Assembly (NCBI GenBank): GCA_044226015.1
Contig: JBGAHS010000007.1
Location: 288,001 to 352,000 of the forward strand
Direction of reading: 5' to 3'
Origin: Candidatus Obscuribacteraceae bacterium
GTDB lineage: Bacteria; Cyanobacteriota; Vampirovibrionia; Obscuribacterales; Obscuribacteraceae
DNA: 64,000 nucleotides
Under the pieces are notes generated by a model. The model was not told the DNA's origin and made no database searches. It saw nothing but the letters and a program-made list of their open reading frames with translations. Made by a program: the position numbers and the translations under genes. Shown here piece after piece: positions 1-10,081 of this stretch. Position 1 is the stretch's first letter, and each line of letters opens with the position of its first letter.

Positions 1-1
1 T

Positions 2-346
2 TGCAGTTTCCTTATCGAGCATTTTACTTTCAATTTCATTTTGAGAAATTTTGCCATCGCCATTGGTATCAATGCTGGAAAAATTCTTTAGTGTCTAGTT
101 TGCCAATTCCTTTACACCTTGTTGGCGATTAGCGAAACCTCTCTCCATAGTTGTAGTAGACGGAGAAGATTTATAAGGGTCAGTGAATTCAAGCTCTTTG
201 GGTTCGGGTTCTTTTGACTTCAAAGAAGATTTACTCTGGCTTTCCCCAGTCGAGTGAAATTCGTCCTGGAATTTCTCGCTGGTTTCGCTTGGGGTGTCGG
301 ACTCCCGAGCCTTGTCGTCCCTAGTTTCTGCATTGTCTGCCATCAT
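2..346 (-). pseudogene. EF-hand protein gene (runs off the window start) interrupted by an in-frame TAG at 95-97
   Basis: 83-aa ORF with RBS (GGTGAGGG); the same frame continues past the TAG as TLKNFSSIDTNGDGKISQNEIE..., a canonical EF-hand loop, with no further stop to the window edge. Confidence 0.65.
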
Positions 347-453
347 CTAAATCCCTCACCTTAGACAATGCTAATAATTCACGCTGGCATTTTCGTAGTT
401 TCTCTCTGTGCTGGGTAAATCAATAAAAGATCCGCATTCGATAGGGTGGAAAA

Positions 454-735
454 ATGAGAAGCGACAGTGAAGTGAAAGCCAAGATTGTTGAGTTGCTTGA
501 ACTAAAGGGTGATGAGCGTTCCGAGTTAATTCAGGCTCTCGATTCTCTTGATTTGAAAGCTCTTCGGAGGGTGAAATCTGATGCTCACTCCGTGAGAGGA
601 ATGCTGTCAGCCCTTTTGTGGGCTGTAGGATATTCTTTTGCCGATATCAGAACCCACGTTGTTGAGCCTTCCCTGACTCGGGAGCTGGCGGCTGTCGAAG
701 AGACTAAGACTGTGGAAGAATCCACCGAGTCCTGA
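454..735 (+). CDS. hypothetical protein (93 aa, helical)
   Basis: ATG with upstream AGGGTGG, plausible composition, divergent from the previous gene. Confidence 0.6.
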   Translation: MRSDSEVKAKIVELLELKGDERSELIQALDSLDLKALRRVKSDAHSVRGMLSALLWAVGYSFADIRTHVVEPSLTRELAAVEETKTVEESTES

Positions 736-744
736 CTATAGTGA

Positions 745-1006
745 GTTTCGGACAGATCCGGGATTGGTGTCAAACTTTGCCCGGGGATTTTCTGAGGGAT
801 CCGGGTTGGTGTCAAACTTTGCCCGGGGATTTTCTGACGGTCCGTGGGCGTGTCAAACTTTGCCCGGGGATTTTCGGACGGATCCGGGTTTGTAGTCAAA
901 CTTTGCCCGGGGATTTTCGGACGGATCCGGGTTTGTAGTCAAACTTTGCCCGGGGATTTTCTGACGGATCCGGGTTTGTTGTCAAACTTTGCCCGGAGAA
1001 TTTCTG
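745..1006. repeat. tandem array of six 41-43 bp units with core GTCAAACTTTGCCCGGGGATTTTC(T/G)GA
   Basis: Core starts at 769, 811, 852, 895, 938 and 981; linkers are variants of CGGATCCGGGTTTGTA. Confidence 0.95.
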
Positions 1007-1243
1007 GCACCCTGCGCTTGACTTCGTGCGCTGATATCCAAAATGACTACAAAGTGAGTCTCTATTTGTATTTCTCGAAGGTTGTCAGTTGCTTATAAAG
1101 ATTTGAAGGTCGCAGTCAAGAACTTCTCGAAGTCCGTCTCCCAACGGTCTTGCCAGGACCTAAAGTGCTGTTCAGACCTGCAAAATGGGGGGATGCATTG
1201 TGCTATAAAGGACATGCTTGATTTCTCTAAAGGGAGTATAAGG

Positions 1244-2557
1244 ATGAAAGTTCTGAACGTCACTCTGCTCGCTGCATCGCTGGTTCTATCCGCGAACAGT
1301 GTTGCTCTGGCACAGTCGATGCTAGATCCTTACGCATACGTCAAAGCTCCGAGCAGCCAGGAGAAAATGCAGCAAGTCGTCAAAAAGCAGAAGAAGATAA
1401 AAGAGCGCAAAGTCGCACGGAATACTGAAAGTGAGCTAGACACTCAGATTCCTAGCGCTAAACCTGCTAAGCCAACTGTGATTATCAGCGAAAATTCGCC
1501 CAAGTTGGAAGAAGATAAGAAAGAAAAGGAGGCTCCGAAAACCGCTAAGAATGACTCTGATGATGGTGGTTTCCTCGGTGGTCTGAAGGAGAGCACTGGT
1601 GGCATAGCGAAAAGCACCAAGGCTGTCGGAAATAGTGTCATAAGCGGTACCAAATCTGTCGGTTCGAAGATCGCTTCAGGTTTCAAGGTCGCAGGCGAAA
1701 AAGTCAAAGACGGCACCGTTGCAGCTGGTGAGAAAATCGGTGAAGGCGCTGGCAAAGTGAAAGATGGTGGCGCAGGTGTCGGCGGGAAGGTTGCGGGCGG
1801 CTTCAAGTCTGCGGGTGGCGCGATCGCCGGTCTACCCAAGGCCGTTGGTGGCAAGCTAGGTGGTAGCGGAGATGGTGCCAAGAAAATCGCTGCTGCACCA
1901 GTTGCTGGAATTGCAGCAATTGGTCACGGCATCGGTAAGATGAATCCGTTCCATAAAGATGAAGCTGGCAAAGCTTCTCCGGAACTAGCCAAAAAGCCTG
2001 AGCCGCAGAAGGAACAAGCAGTTGCTGCTAAGCCTACACAATCATTAGTTCCTGAAACTCAAACCGAAGATCAGGATTTGAAAAATATTGAGCACGAATT
2101 GGCAAAAACCCAAGCTGAAGAGGCTAGCAAGAAAACAGCTGCAGCTCCGAAGAAGGATGAAGCAAAGTCACTAGCTCAAAATGATGCGGTAAAGTCAGCA
2201 CCAAATGCAGTGGCGCCAAAAGATGGAAGAAACTTGAGGCAGAAAATTGCTGGAGCGCCTATGGCTGGGTTGGGTAAGACTAAGCAATTGTTGGGTCATG
2301 GCATGGGAATTGGCAAGCTAAACCCTTTCCATCATGGTAAAGATGATGGAGTGCAGACTGCAGCCAAGCCGAGCATGCAAACTGAAGTAAATAAAGACGA
2401 AACTGCTCCCGCTTCGCAAACCGCAGCAACTCCAGTGCAGGATGAGACGCCAGTTGCGGATCGTGTTACACCTCCCGATGCGGTTCCTGTAGACCCGCAA
2501 GAAGGTATGGACGGAAAAGACAGAATTGCTGCTCCACCAGAAGCGAATCCTCTCTAA
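1244..2557 (+). CDS. secreted low-complexity Gly/Lys/Ala-rich protein
   Basis: Likely start MKVLNVTLLAASLVLSANSVALA (signal peptide, RBS AGGGAG/AAGG); amphipathic G/K repeats; duplicated GIGK(M/L)NPFH motif. Confidence 0.75.
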   Translation: MKVLNVTLLAASLVLSANSVALAQSMLDPYAYVKAPSSQEKMQQVVKKQKKIKERKVARNTESELDTQIPSAKPAKPTVIISENSPKLEEDKKEKEAPKTAKNDSDDGGFLGGLKESTGGIAKSTKAVGNSVISGTKSVGSKIASGFKVAGEKVKDGTVAAGEKIGEGAGKVKDGGAGVGGKVAGGFKSAGGAIAGLPKAVGGKLGGSGDGAKKIAAAPVAGIAAIGHGIGKMNPFHKDEAGKASPELAKKPEPQKEQAVAAKPTQSLVPETQTEDQDLKNIEHELAKTQAEEASKKTAAAPKKDEAKSLAQNDAVKSAPNAVAPKDGRNLRQKIAGAPMAGLGKTKQLLGHGMGIGKLNPFHHGKDDGVQTAAKPSMQTEVNKDETAPASQTAATPVQDETPVADRVTPPDAVPVDPQEGMDGKDRIAAPPEANPL

Positions 2558-2585
2558 ATATCCGCTACTCAATCGTGAAGCAAAG

Positions 2586-2614
2586 AGCCGATGCATTAAC
2601 AGCATCGGCTTTTT
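2586..2614 (+). terminator. intrinsic terminator
   Basis: AGCCGATGC-N7-GCATCGGCT followed by TTTT, after the 2557 stop. Confidence 0.75.
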
Positions 2615-2760
2615 GAATTCTTGGCTGCCTTTCGACACTGAGATTTTAGCGGACGCCAGCTTCGAATTCCTTCGCTCTACGTGCCCTGTCGAGTCGGTTT
2701 GAAAATCGGTGTCAAGTTACAGAAAAAATTCGGCTGAGGGCAAGCACAGGCGTCTGTGGG

Positions 2761-2793
2761 AAGAAAAAGAAAGGGTGGCATTGCTGCCACCCT
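2761..2793 (-). terminator. intrinsic terminator of the speD-like gene
   Basis: AGGGTGGCA-N4-TGCCACCCT followed on the minus strand by TTCTTTTT. Confidence 0.75.
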
Positions 2794-2815
2794 GTATTCT
2801 TTGCGTTGCTATTGC

Positions 2816-3238
2816 TTAAACAGCAGCTACGCGCAAGCGTTCTTGTTCAACAATTTCAGCTGCACGTGGTGCGCTGCGTGGGAATTCACGACCGCGCATG
2901 ATGAGTTGTTGTTCAACTCTTTCTGGCTTGAAGTGTTCGCTGAAGTATGCGATCGCAGCATCTACGTCGAAATCTCTGCAAGAGAAGATATCGAGTGTCA
3001 CAAATCCCTTTTCAGGGAAGGTGTGAATTGAGATGTGTGATTCGGCAATCAGAACTACACCGCTAACGCCCCAATCATCTGGGACAGCTCCTGAGTACCT
3101 GAAAACGTACGGAGGCATAATCTTGGTCATATCGAGTTGAGTTGGATAAGCGTCAAGAACTTCTGCCATTCTTGTCAAATCTCCGAGCAACTCTTTTGGG
3201 CAACCGTAAGCTTCTAGAATTAGATGTGGTCCAAACAT
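2816..3238 (-). CDS. speD: S-adenosylmethionine decarboxylase proenzyme family (short class 1B, pyruvoyl-dependent)
   Basis: MFGPHLILEAYGC...GVSGVVLIAESHISIHTFPE...DIFSC; ESH self-cleavage site; RBS GGGGAAAGGA before the ATG at 3238. Confidence 0.9.
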   Translation of the reverse strand: MFGPHLILEAYGCPKELLGDLTRMAEVLDAYPTQLDMTKIMPPYVFRYSGAVPDDWGVSGVVLIAESHISIHTFPEKGFVTLDIFSCRDFDVDAAIAYFSEHFKPERVEQQLIMRGREFPRSAPRAAEIVEQERLRVAAV

Positions 3239-4054
3239 GTTCCTTTCCCCCTTGCTTTGCCTGCACCTGCAGGCTGAGTGAGTCCGATGAAAGAAGTAGG
3301 GGTACACGAAACGCCTTATCTTTAAACCCAGTCTTGGACTGTCTGCCGTTCTCTGGAAGGGGGCGTTGTTGTGTCTCCTGATTTACCTCCTGTTGTTGTA
3401 ATTTTCCGAAGGACGATTATTCTACAAAAAAATCTCCGCCTGTGTTCATTTTGACTTTCTCTGATCACATTTGTTTCCAAAGCGAAAAAAGTCGCGCTTA
3501 GCTGTTAAGAGTGGCTTCTGAAGCTGTTCTTTGGCTGGTGGCATCGCAAAAAAATCCTTGGATGAAATGTTAAGATTTACCGAAATCTTATCGCTGACTT
3601 TTGGCTCGGGCCAAAAACTGCTAGAGGTATTGCTACTGTATGTGCTATTGCACGTGGTGGCATATGTGTGAGGGGCTTTTCTTGCAACTAGCCGCCCGGA
3701 CAGTGATTCCGCTTGTCGGTAGGAGAAGCATGGAATACTGGCAAAAATCTTTCTCTAGTTAGCTGAAACTGGCGTATAGAGCCGCGATAGTTTTTGAAAC
3801 AGCAAATCATCAAAGATGCCTCTCTCGTGCAAGCCGCATGGAAAGCCACTTCTGTAGTGAAGTCAACAGTATGCCGAATCGGGCAAACAGGTTTTTGCTT
3901 GAAATGAGATACAGCTTTTGGACAGATGCTTGCAATGTCTAACGCTCTTCTATCAGCTGATTGGAATTAGGCTGCAAGAGAGTGACATGAGCTTCGTTTG
4001 TGCGGAGATGAGTGCAGAGTCTTTGAGGAAACCTGGAACTTCCAGGAAAGAAAC

Positions 4055-4696
4055 TCACTGCTTCTTCGATTCTGCTTCGAGTTCTTTTCGTGTTTTTGCG
4101 GCTTCCTCGCGAATCTCCCGAGCATACTCTGCTTCTCCCTGAGTCGGTGGATTAGCTTTTTCAAGTTCTGCTTTTGTTCTAGCTGACTCTTCACGTATTT
4201 CTCTTGCATAGTCTAGTTCCCCTTTTGAAGGCGGATAAGCTCGCTGAAGTTCCTCCTTCACTTTAGTGGGATCTTCTTCACTGGCGGTTTTGTTCACTTC
4301 AGGCTCAATTGAGGCTTTTGTATCTCGTTGTTCAGCAGCTTGCTTTGCATAGTTTGGATAGATCTGGTATCCAATTGTTTTACTTCCGTTCCTCTGTAAC
4401 TCAATTGAGTTGCCGTTTTGCAATTTCGCGGCTTCTTTCACAAAAGCAAAAAGCGCCGTTTCCTTTTCGGATTTTGCCAGCTTGGGAGTCTCGTATATTT
4501 TAGTTGTGCACTCAGCAAGCTGCTTACTCCAGTTTGTGTTGGCTGAGTCAATCAGCGAGGCAAAGGATGCCGCATCGCAGGGTTTTTCGAAGTTGACACC
4601 TTTGAGTTCTGAGAGCACACCGAGTAAGTTCAGCTGTGAATGTGCAGCATCTGACCGAGGCTCAACTACATTTTGGGATTTTTCCAAAGACGTCAT
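4055..4696 (-). CDS. hypothetical protein with a C-terminal 28-aa tandem duplication
   Basis: RBS AGGAG before MTSLEK; PPSKGELDYAREIREESARTKAELEKAN / PPTQGEAEYAREIREEAAKTRKELE. Confidence 0.7.
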   Translation of the reverse strand: MTSLEKSQNVVEPRSDAAHSQLNLLGVLSELKGVNFEKPCDAASFASLIDSANTNWSKQLAECTTKIYETPKLAKSEKETALFAFVKEAAKLQNGNSIELQRNGSKTIGYQIYPNYAKQAAEQRDTKASIEPEVNKTASEEDPTKVKEELQRAYPPSKGELDYAREIREESARTKAELEKANPPTQGEAEYAREIREEAAKTRKELEAESKKQ

Positions 4697-4990
4697 TCTT
4701 CTGCTCCTATTTCTTTCGGGTTTGATCATCGATGAAGAGACGTGAAATCAACCCGAGTGCGTCCCTGTTGATTTGTGCAGGGAATTGGACAGATCTTGGC
4801 ATTGAGTGCAGGAAATCGATATCAACAAGACAGCTCTGGAAATCGTATATAAATGAATTCAATTCGTGAAGTTTCGGTTAAAGGATGCTCATTATTGCAT
4901 TTAAATCATGAGAGTTGTTCCATAATGACTTTCAAGTGCAATTGATTGCCGAAGCCAGGTCCCCCCAACTGGACATGGTACGGAGGTAAT

Positions 4991-6490
4991 ATGAATCAGG
5001 GCTCAAAAACTGCTGCCAATCCAGAAGTGTCGATTCTGGATGAGAGCGATCTTGACACCGAGTTGAAGGAAGCTGTAAAGCAACATCCTCAACTACATTC
5101 TCTGGCGGCGCAAAAAGGGGAGTCCCTCGTCATAAAGCGCTCAAAGTTAGACGTTCTCAAAGTTTTACTTGGCGTTGCTGTTGTTGCAAGCGCAGGTTTT
5201 CTCGCCTACAGTGGCTTTCATAACATTCCCTCGGCATCCTCATCATCCTCCAAAAAGAGTTCTGTGGCACCGCCTGTAGTGACTGTCTCGTTGGTTGAAG
5301 CCAGGCGCATGCCGGTTAATGAAACTATCGGCGTAACTGGAACAATCAGCTCCTGGGACGAATTGAAGGTTGGATGCGAAGTCGGCGGATTGCATGTGAG
5401 TGACATTTTCGTGGAAGAGGGCGAGCGTGTCAAGAAAGGACAAGTGCTTGCTACCTTGCATTCAGAGTTACTGGAAGCTCAATTAGAGCAGGCGGAAGCT
5501 CGCTTGAAGTCAGCTCAAGCAACAATGGTTAAATCAGTTCAGCCAAATCGTCCTGAAGATATTGCAGCGCTAAAAGCTGCTGTGGATCAGGCTGAAAGTA
5601 ATATTCTCCAGGAGAAAGCTCATCTTGGACAGGCAAAAGTTAATTTCGACAGCGCAGAATTAAACGTTCCGCGCTATGAGAATTTAGCGAAACTGGGCGC
5701 TGTGAGTGTGGTTGAAGCCGAAACCAAGCGCTTTGCAAGAGACACTGCTAAGCTCGAAATGGAAAGTGCGACTGAAAAAGTTACTGCAGCTCAGCACGCT
5801 GCTGCTCAAGCCAAACATCGTTATGCGCTTGCTGCTAAAGGTGGACGCAATGAAGATGTCCAAATCACAAAAGCCTCCATTGACGAAATCAAAGCCCAAA
5901 TCAGGCATCTAAAAGAACAGCTCAAGCAAACTAAAATTCTTGCGGAAGATGATGGTCTCATTTTGCAGCGCAATGTGCACATCGGAGATACGAGTGAAAT
6001 CTCTAAACCATTTTTCGTGATGAGTCGTCTAAACAGGCTTGAGTTGAAGGCTCAAGTGAATGACACAGATTTGAAGAAATTCAAGCCGGGTCAGGAAGTA
6101 GTAATTTCTTCCACTGAGAAAGATCAGAGCAAAGTTGTTGGCCATGTTCGTCTTGAAAGTCCAATTGTTGACCCGACTTCTCGCATGGGAACTGTTCGCA
6201 TAGAGCTGCCTTCCAACACTGATTTTAAGCCAGGTATGTTTGTTCGTGGAGAGATATGCGTTTCGAAACACGACGGACTGGTGTTGCCTATTTCCTGCCT
6301 GGTGACAAGAGGTGGCGAGTCAGTAGTGTTTACTCTGGACGGCAAGTTAGCTCAAAGCACCACTGTCAGCACAGGTATGGAAACAAAAGACACAGTTGAA
6401 ATAACGAGCGGGTTGAAAGAAGGGCAGCTTGTGATTGACAAAGGTGCTCGCTTCATTTCCGACCGTGACCTCGTAGAAGTGGCAAAATAG
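4991..6490 (+). CDS. RND efflux periplasmic adaptor (MFP) subunit
   Basis: GGAGG RBS; one N-terminal TM; lipoyl-like motif VEEGERVKKGQVLA; long coiled coil; PGMFV; GLKEGQLVI; adjacent to an RND permease. Confidence 0.92.
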   Translation: MNQGSKTAANPEVSILDESDLDTELKEAVKQHPQLHSLAAQKGESLVIKRSKLDVLKVLLGVAVVASAGFLAYSGFHNIPSASSSSSKKSSVAPPVVTVSLVEARRMPVNETIGVTGTISSWDELKVGCEVGGLHVSDIFVEEGERVKKGQVLATLHSELLEAQLEQAEARLKSAQATMVKSVQPNRPEDIAALKAAVDQAESNILQEKAHLGQAKVNFDSAELNVPRYENLAKLGAVSVVEAETKRFARDTAKLEMESATEKVTAAQHAAAQAKHRYALAAKGGRNEDVQITKASIDEIKAQIRHLKEQLKQTKILAEDDGLILQRNVHIGDTSEISKPFFVMSRLNRLELKAQVNDTDLKKFKPGQEVVISSTEKDQSKVVGHVRLESPIVDPTSRMGTVRIELPSNTDFKPGMFVRGEICVSKHDGLVLPISCLVTRGGESVVFTLDGKLAQSTTVSTGMETKDTVEITSGLKEGQLVIDKGARFISDRDLVEVAK

Positions 6491-6501
6491 GCTCATCTGC
6501 G

Positions 6502-9500
6502 ATGAACTGGAATATTTCAGCCTGGTGCATTCGGAATCCAATTCCTCCAATAGTGCTGTTCTTGCTGCTAACCGTAGCAGGCATCTCGGCGCTCATGAGT
6601 TTGGGAATAGAAAGCAATCCGAACGTGGACATGCCGTCTGTTTCCGTGAATGTTGGACAGAATGGTGCCGCTCCGCTTGAAATAGAAACTCAGATCACCA
6701 GAAAGATCGAAGATGCGGTTGCAGGTATAGCAAATGTCAAACATGTAAATTCGACTATCAATACTGGAATCTCAAGTACTGACATAACCTTCGAATTAGG
6801 AACAAACAGTGACCGTGCTGTCAGCGATGTACGAGAAGCCGTGACGCGCATTCGCGGGCAACTCCCTCGTGGTGTGGATGAGCCTTCCGTAACTCGGCAA
6901 GAGTTCGTGAATGATGGCGGTTTGACTTACACAATTTCTTCTAGCAAGCGAACCGCCATGGAGCTGTGTTCGCTCATTGAAACAACTATAACAAGGTCTA
7001 TGTTAGCAAAGCCGAGCATCGGTCAGGCAAGCCGCTTCGGTGGTGTGTACAGGCAGGTTAATGTAGACCTCGACCCGGTTCGGCTGGAAGCCTTCGGAAT
7101 TACAGCAGATACCGTGAATACGCAGTTAAAAGCTCTGAATGTCAATCTGCCAGGTGGACGCGGTGATGTAGGTGCAGCAGAAGAATCAATAAGAACACTA
7201 GGTAGCGTGTCAACTGTTGAAGAGTTGAAGAAAACACGAATCATCATTCCTGGCAAAAGATGGGTTGAGTTAGGCAGCCTTGGTACCATCACTGATGGAA
7301 CATCTGAAACACGTGCTTTGTTTCTTGTAAATGGAAAACCTCAGATTGGGCTCGATGTTCAGCGTCGCAGGGGCAAAAATGTTGTAGACACCGACAACGA
7401 TGCTGAGACTGTCGTCAAAGACCTGGAAAAGAAATTTCCGGACTTAACCTTTACGAAATTGTGGGGCTCGGCTAAGTACGTCAAAGAGTCATGCTCTGCG
7501 ACTTTTGAAGCAATGATTTTGGGAGCCGTACTTGCAGTAATAGTCATTTTTCTGTTTTTGCGAGACTGGCGGGCTGCACTCATTTCGGCATTCGCGATGC
7601 CATTATCAGTGATACCAACATTCGCCTTTATGCAGGCGATGAATTTTACTTTGAATGATATGTCGCTTCTCGGGCTAGCCCTGGTGATAGGTATTCTTGT
7701 TGATGACGCGATTGTTGAAATCGAGAATATCGTCAGGCACATGAATCTTGGCAAAAAGCCATATGATGCATCCATTGATGCCGCTGACGAGATAGGTCTT
7801 GCGGTCATCGCTACTACTATGGCTGCTGTGGTTGTGTTCTTACCAGTGGCATTCATGGGAGGCATTTCCGGACTGTTCTTCAGGCAGTTTGGATGGACTG
7901 TTTCAGTGGCGGTTTTTTGCTCATTGCTAGTTGCTCGTCTAATCACCCCACTCATGGCGGCTTACATGCTGAAACCGCACAAAGAGCACGACGGTACAGG
8001 TTGGTTTGCTTCTTTCTATGATCGAATTTTGACAATCGCCCTGCGCCATCGATTTGCGACTGTTGTGCTTGGTTCAATCTGCTTTGGTGCCAGTGTCGCT
8101 TTATTTCAAGCCCTACCAACTTCACTTGTTGCAAGAATTGATAACAGTCACTCTTCCGTCAGAGTTGAGCTACCTCCAGGTAGCCAATTGAAGGACACCG
8201 CCAGGGTGATTGAGCACATTTCAGACCTCGCAAGTAAGCGTCCAGAGGTTGAACGTGTCTTCGCCCTTGCTGGGCAGGGAGACACGAGTAAGGGTTTTGT
8301 CAGCATTACGCTTAAGCCAAAGGATAAACGCAAATTGAGCCAGGACGAATTCGAAGATTCGTTTCGTCCTGAAATTGTAAACACGCCCGGAGCCAAAGTG
8401 CTTTTCGGAGGCGGCTGGGGCTCAGGTCGTGTTGAAGTAATGCTGACGAGTTTTGATAGCGGTGCCTTACAGAAAACTGCGCAAGATCTTGAAAATGAAA
8501 TGCGCACATTGCCGCAGCTGACCGATGTAAAATCTAGCGCTCAAACAGCCAAGCCTGAAATCGTAATAGTTCCAGATACCGCAAGAGCCGCAGAGCAGGG
8601 CGTTTCTGTTGAATCAATCGCGCGTACGGCGATTATTGCTACTCTTGGAGATAATGACGCAAACTTACCAAAATTCGATTTGAGCGACCGTCAGATCCCA
8701 ATTGTTGTGCGGTTGGCTCCTGAGTTTCGTGAAAAAATGTCGGTGATCAAAGGCTTGAAAGTCGCTGGAAATGACGGAAAGCTGGTGCCCCTAAGCAGTG
8801 TCGCTGAAGTAAAGCTCGATACTGGAATTTCCTCAATTGAGCGCTATGACAGGGCCCGTCAAATTCACATTAGCGCTAAGTTTGGTGCCAAGACTAGTTT
8901 GAGTGAAGCATTGAACCTCATTCATAACTTGCCTGCTTATAAATTCATGCCTCCTTCCATTTCTGACCATCCAACTGGCGATGTGGAGGAGCAGCAAGAT
9001 ATGTTTGGTGGATTTGGCTATGCCATATTTACAGGCGTTTGCCTGATTTATGGTGTCCTGGTTCTTCTATTTCGTGGCTTTCTGCAGCCTTTCACTATCA
9101 TGATGTCTCTGCCTCTTTCTCTGGGTGGTGCTCTTCTGGGTCTCTGGCTCCTTTCCAAGCCTATTGATATGTATGCCCTCATCGGAATTGTGATGCTTAT
9201 GGGTCTTGTCACCAAAAACGCAATTCTGCTCGTTGAATATTGCCTTGTGCAGATGAATGAAGGACTGAGTAGAAAGGAAGCCATCTACCTGGCCGGACGG
9301 ACTAGAATGCGCCCGATTATTATGACCACAACAGCAATGATTGCAGGTATGATGCCCATCGCTGTTGGCTTTGGTGCTGGAGCTGAAGCACGTGCGCCCA
9401 TGGCGATAGCGGTGGTAGGTGGATTATTTATGTCAACCATTTTGACACTACTTGTAGTGCCAGTTGTTTTCACGTACATGGATGATTTCCAAAATTGGCT

Positions 9501-9573
9501 GAAGTCCTGTGTCAAATCAGGAGAGTCGCAATCTGAAGTCGAAACTCCTGAGAAAGAGCCATCGCTTAAATAG
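6502..9573 (+). CDS. RND efflux permease, AcrB/AcrD/AcrF family
   Basis: 1023 aa; GILVDDAIVEIENI, GLVTKNAILLVE and RMRPIIMTT proton-relay motifs. Confidence 0.96.
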   Translation: MNWNISAWCIRNPIPPIVLFLLLTVAGISALMSLGIESNPNVDMPSVSVNVGQNGAAPLEIETQITRKIEDAVAGIANVKHVNSTINTGISSTDITFELGTNSDRAVSDVREAVTRIRGQLPRGVDEPSVTRQEFVNDGGLTYTISSSKRTAMELCSLIETTITRSMLAKPSIGQASRFGGVYRQVNVDLDPVRLEAFGITADTVNTQLKALNVNLPGGRGDVGAAEESIRTLGSVSTVEELKKTRIIIPGKRWVELGSLGTITDGTSETRALFLVNGKPQIGLDVQRRRGKNVVDTDNDAETVVKDLEKKFPDLTFTKLWGSAKYVKESCSATFEAMILGAVLAVIVIFLFLRDWRAALISAFAMPLSVIPTFAFMQAMNFTLNDMSLLGLALVIGILVDDAIVEIENIVRHMNLGKKPYDASIDAADEIGLAVIATTMAAVVVFLPVAFMGGISGLFFRQFGWTVSVAVFCSLLVARLITPLMAAYMLKPHKEHDGTGWFASFYDRILTIALRHRFATVVLGSICFGASVALFQALPTSLVARIDNSHSSVRVELPPGSQLKDTARVIEHISDLASKRPEVERVFALAGQGDTSKGFVSITLKPKDKRKLSQDEFEDSFRPEIVNTPGAKVLFGGGWGSGRVEVMLTSFDSGALQKTAQDLENEMRTLPQLTDVKSSAQTAKPEIVIVPDTARAAEQGVSVESIARTAIIATLGDNDANLPKFDLSDRQIPIVVRLAPEFREKMSVIKGLKVAGNDGKLVPLSSVAEVKLDTGISSIERYDRARQIHISAKFGAKTSLSEALNLIHNLPAYKFMPPSISDHPTGDVEEQQDMFGGFGYAIFTGVCLIYGVLVLLFRGFLQPFTIMMSLPLSLGGALLGLWLLSKPIDMYALIGIVMLMGLVTKNAILLVEYCLVQMNEGLSRKEAIYLAGRTRMRPIIMTTTAMIAGMMPIAVGFGAGAEARAPMAIAVVGGLFMSTILTLLVVPVVFTYMDDFQNWLKSCVKSGESQSEVETPEKEPSLK

Positions 9574-9661
9574 AATGCTGATGTATGCGGAAATCCAATT
9601 GTAATGTTGGATTTTTTTGAGGCAGTATGGTTCTATCGTCTGCCTTTGACTTCGGTGCGTT

Positions 9662-10063
9662 ATGCCAATTTCCCTCGCGCAGAAAAAAGTCGTAGCCTTT
9701 TCGGTTGCCGGAGCTAGCTCGGCGCTGGGACTGTCTGCGTTGATTTGGTTTGTTGACCCTATGAATTTGTCACCAATAAAAGTGGCTGCGCTTCTACTTG
9801 TCGTAGTGTCTAGCTGGCTTTGTTTCGACAATGGACGAGATACAGGTTTAAGCGATCGAAGCATAAGTGATGACCGCGGGTTCTTGCTTCTCTTGCCCTT
9901 TGTATTGGCATTCACTGCAAGCGTACTTATCTTCGCCTATATGTTCTGCCTTGCAAAACTTATTTTGCTCTGGATTTCAACGATGGGGCTATTCCTCTAC
10001 GGCTATTATCTTGGTCGCTCAGGTTTTGATTTTTGGACGTTCAAAATCACTCGTAAAATCTAA
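9662..10063 (+). CDS. small integral membrane protein (about 4 TM)
   Basis: Four hydrophobic segments; fills the gap between the permease and dnaE. Confidence 0.55.
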   Translation: MPISLAQKKVVAFSVAGASSALGLSALIWFVDPMNLSPIKVAALLLVVVSSWLCFDNGRDTGLSDRSISDDRGFLLLLPFVLAFTASVLIFAYMFCLAKLILLWISTMGLFLYGYYLGRSGFDFWTFKITRKI

Positions 10064-10081
10064 GCTGTCTCGTTTGCACGC

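Noticed and set aside
95..97. Genome-wide TAG reassignment
   Set aside because: TAG terminates full-length conserved genes here (MFP, RND permease, dnaE, pckG)
745..1006. CRISPR array
   Set aside because: The inter-core segments are only ~15-17 bp and are variants of each other rather than unique spacers; no cas genes in the window
585..1098. ORFs 585-899, 741-938 and 844-1098
   Set aside because: These are translations of the 41-43 bp repeat, whose variable period does not preserve frame
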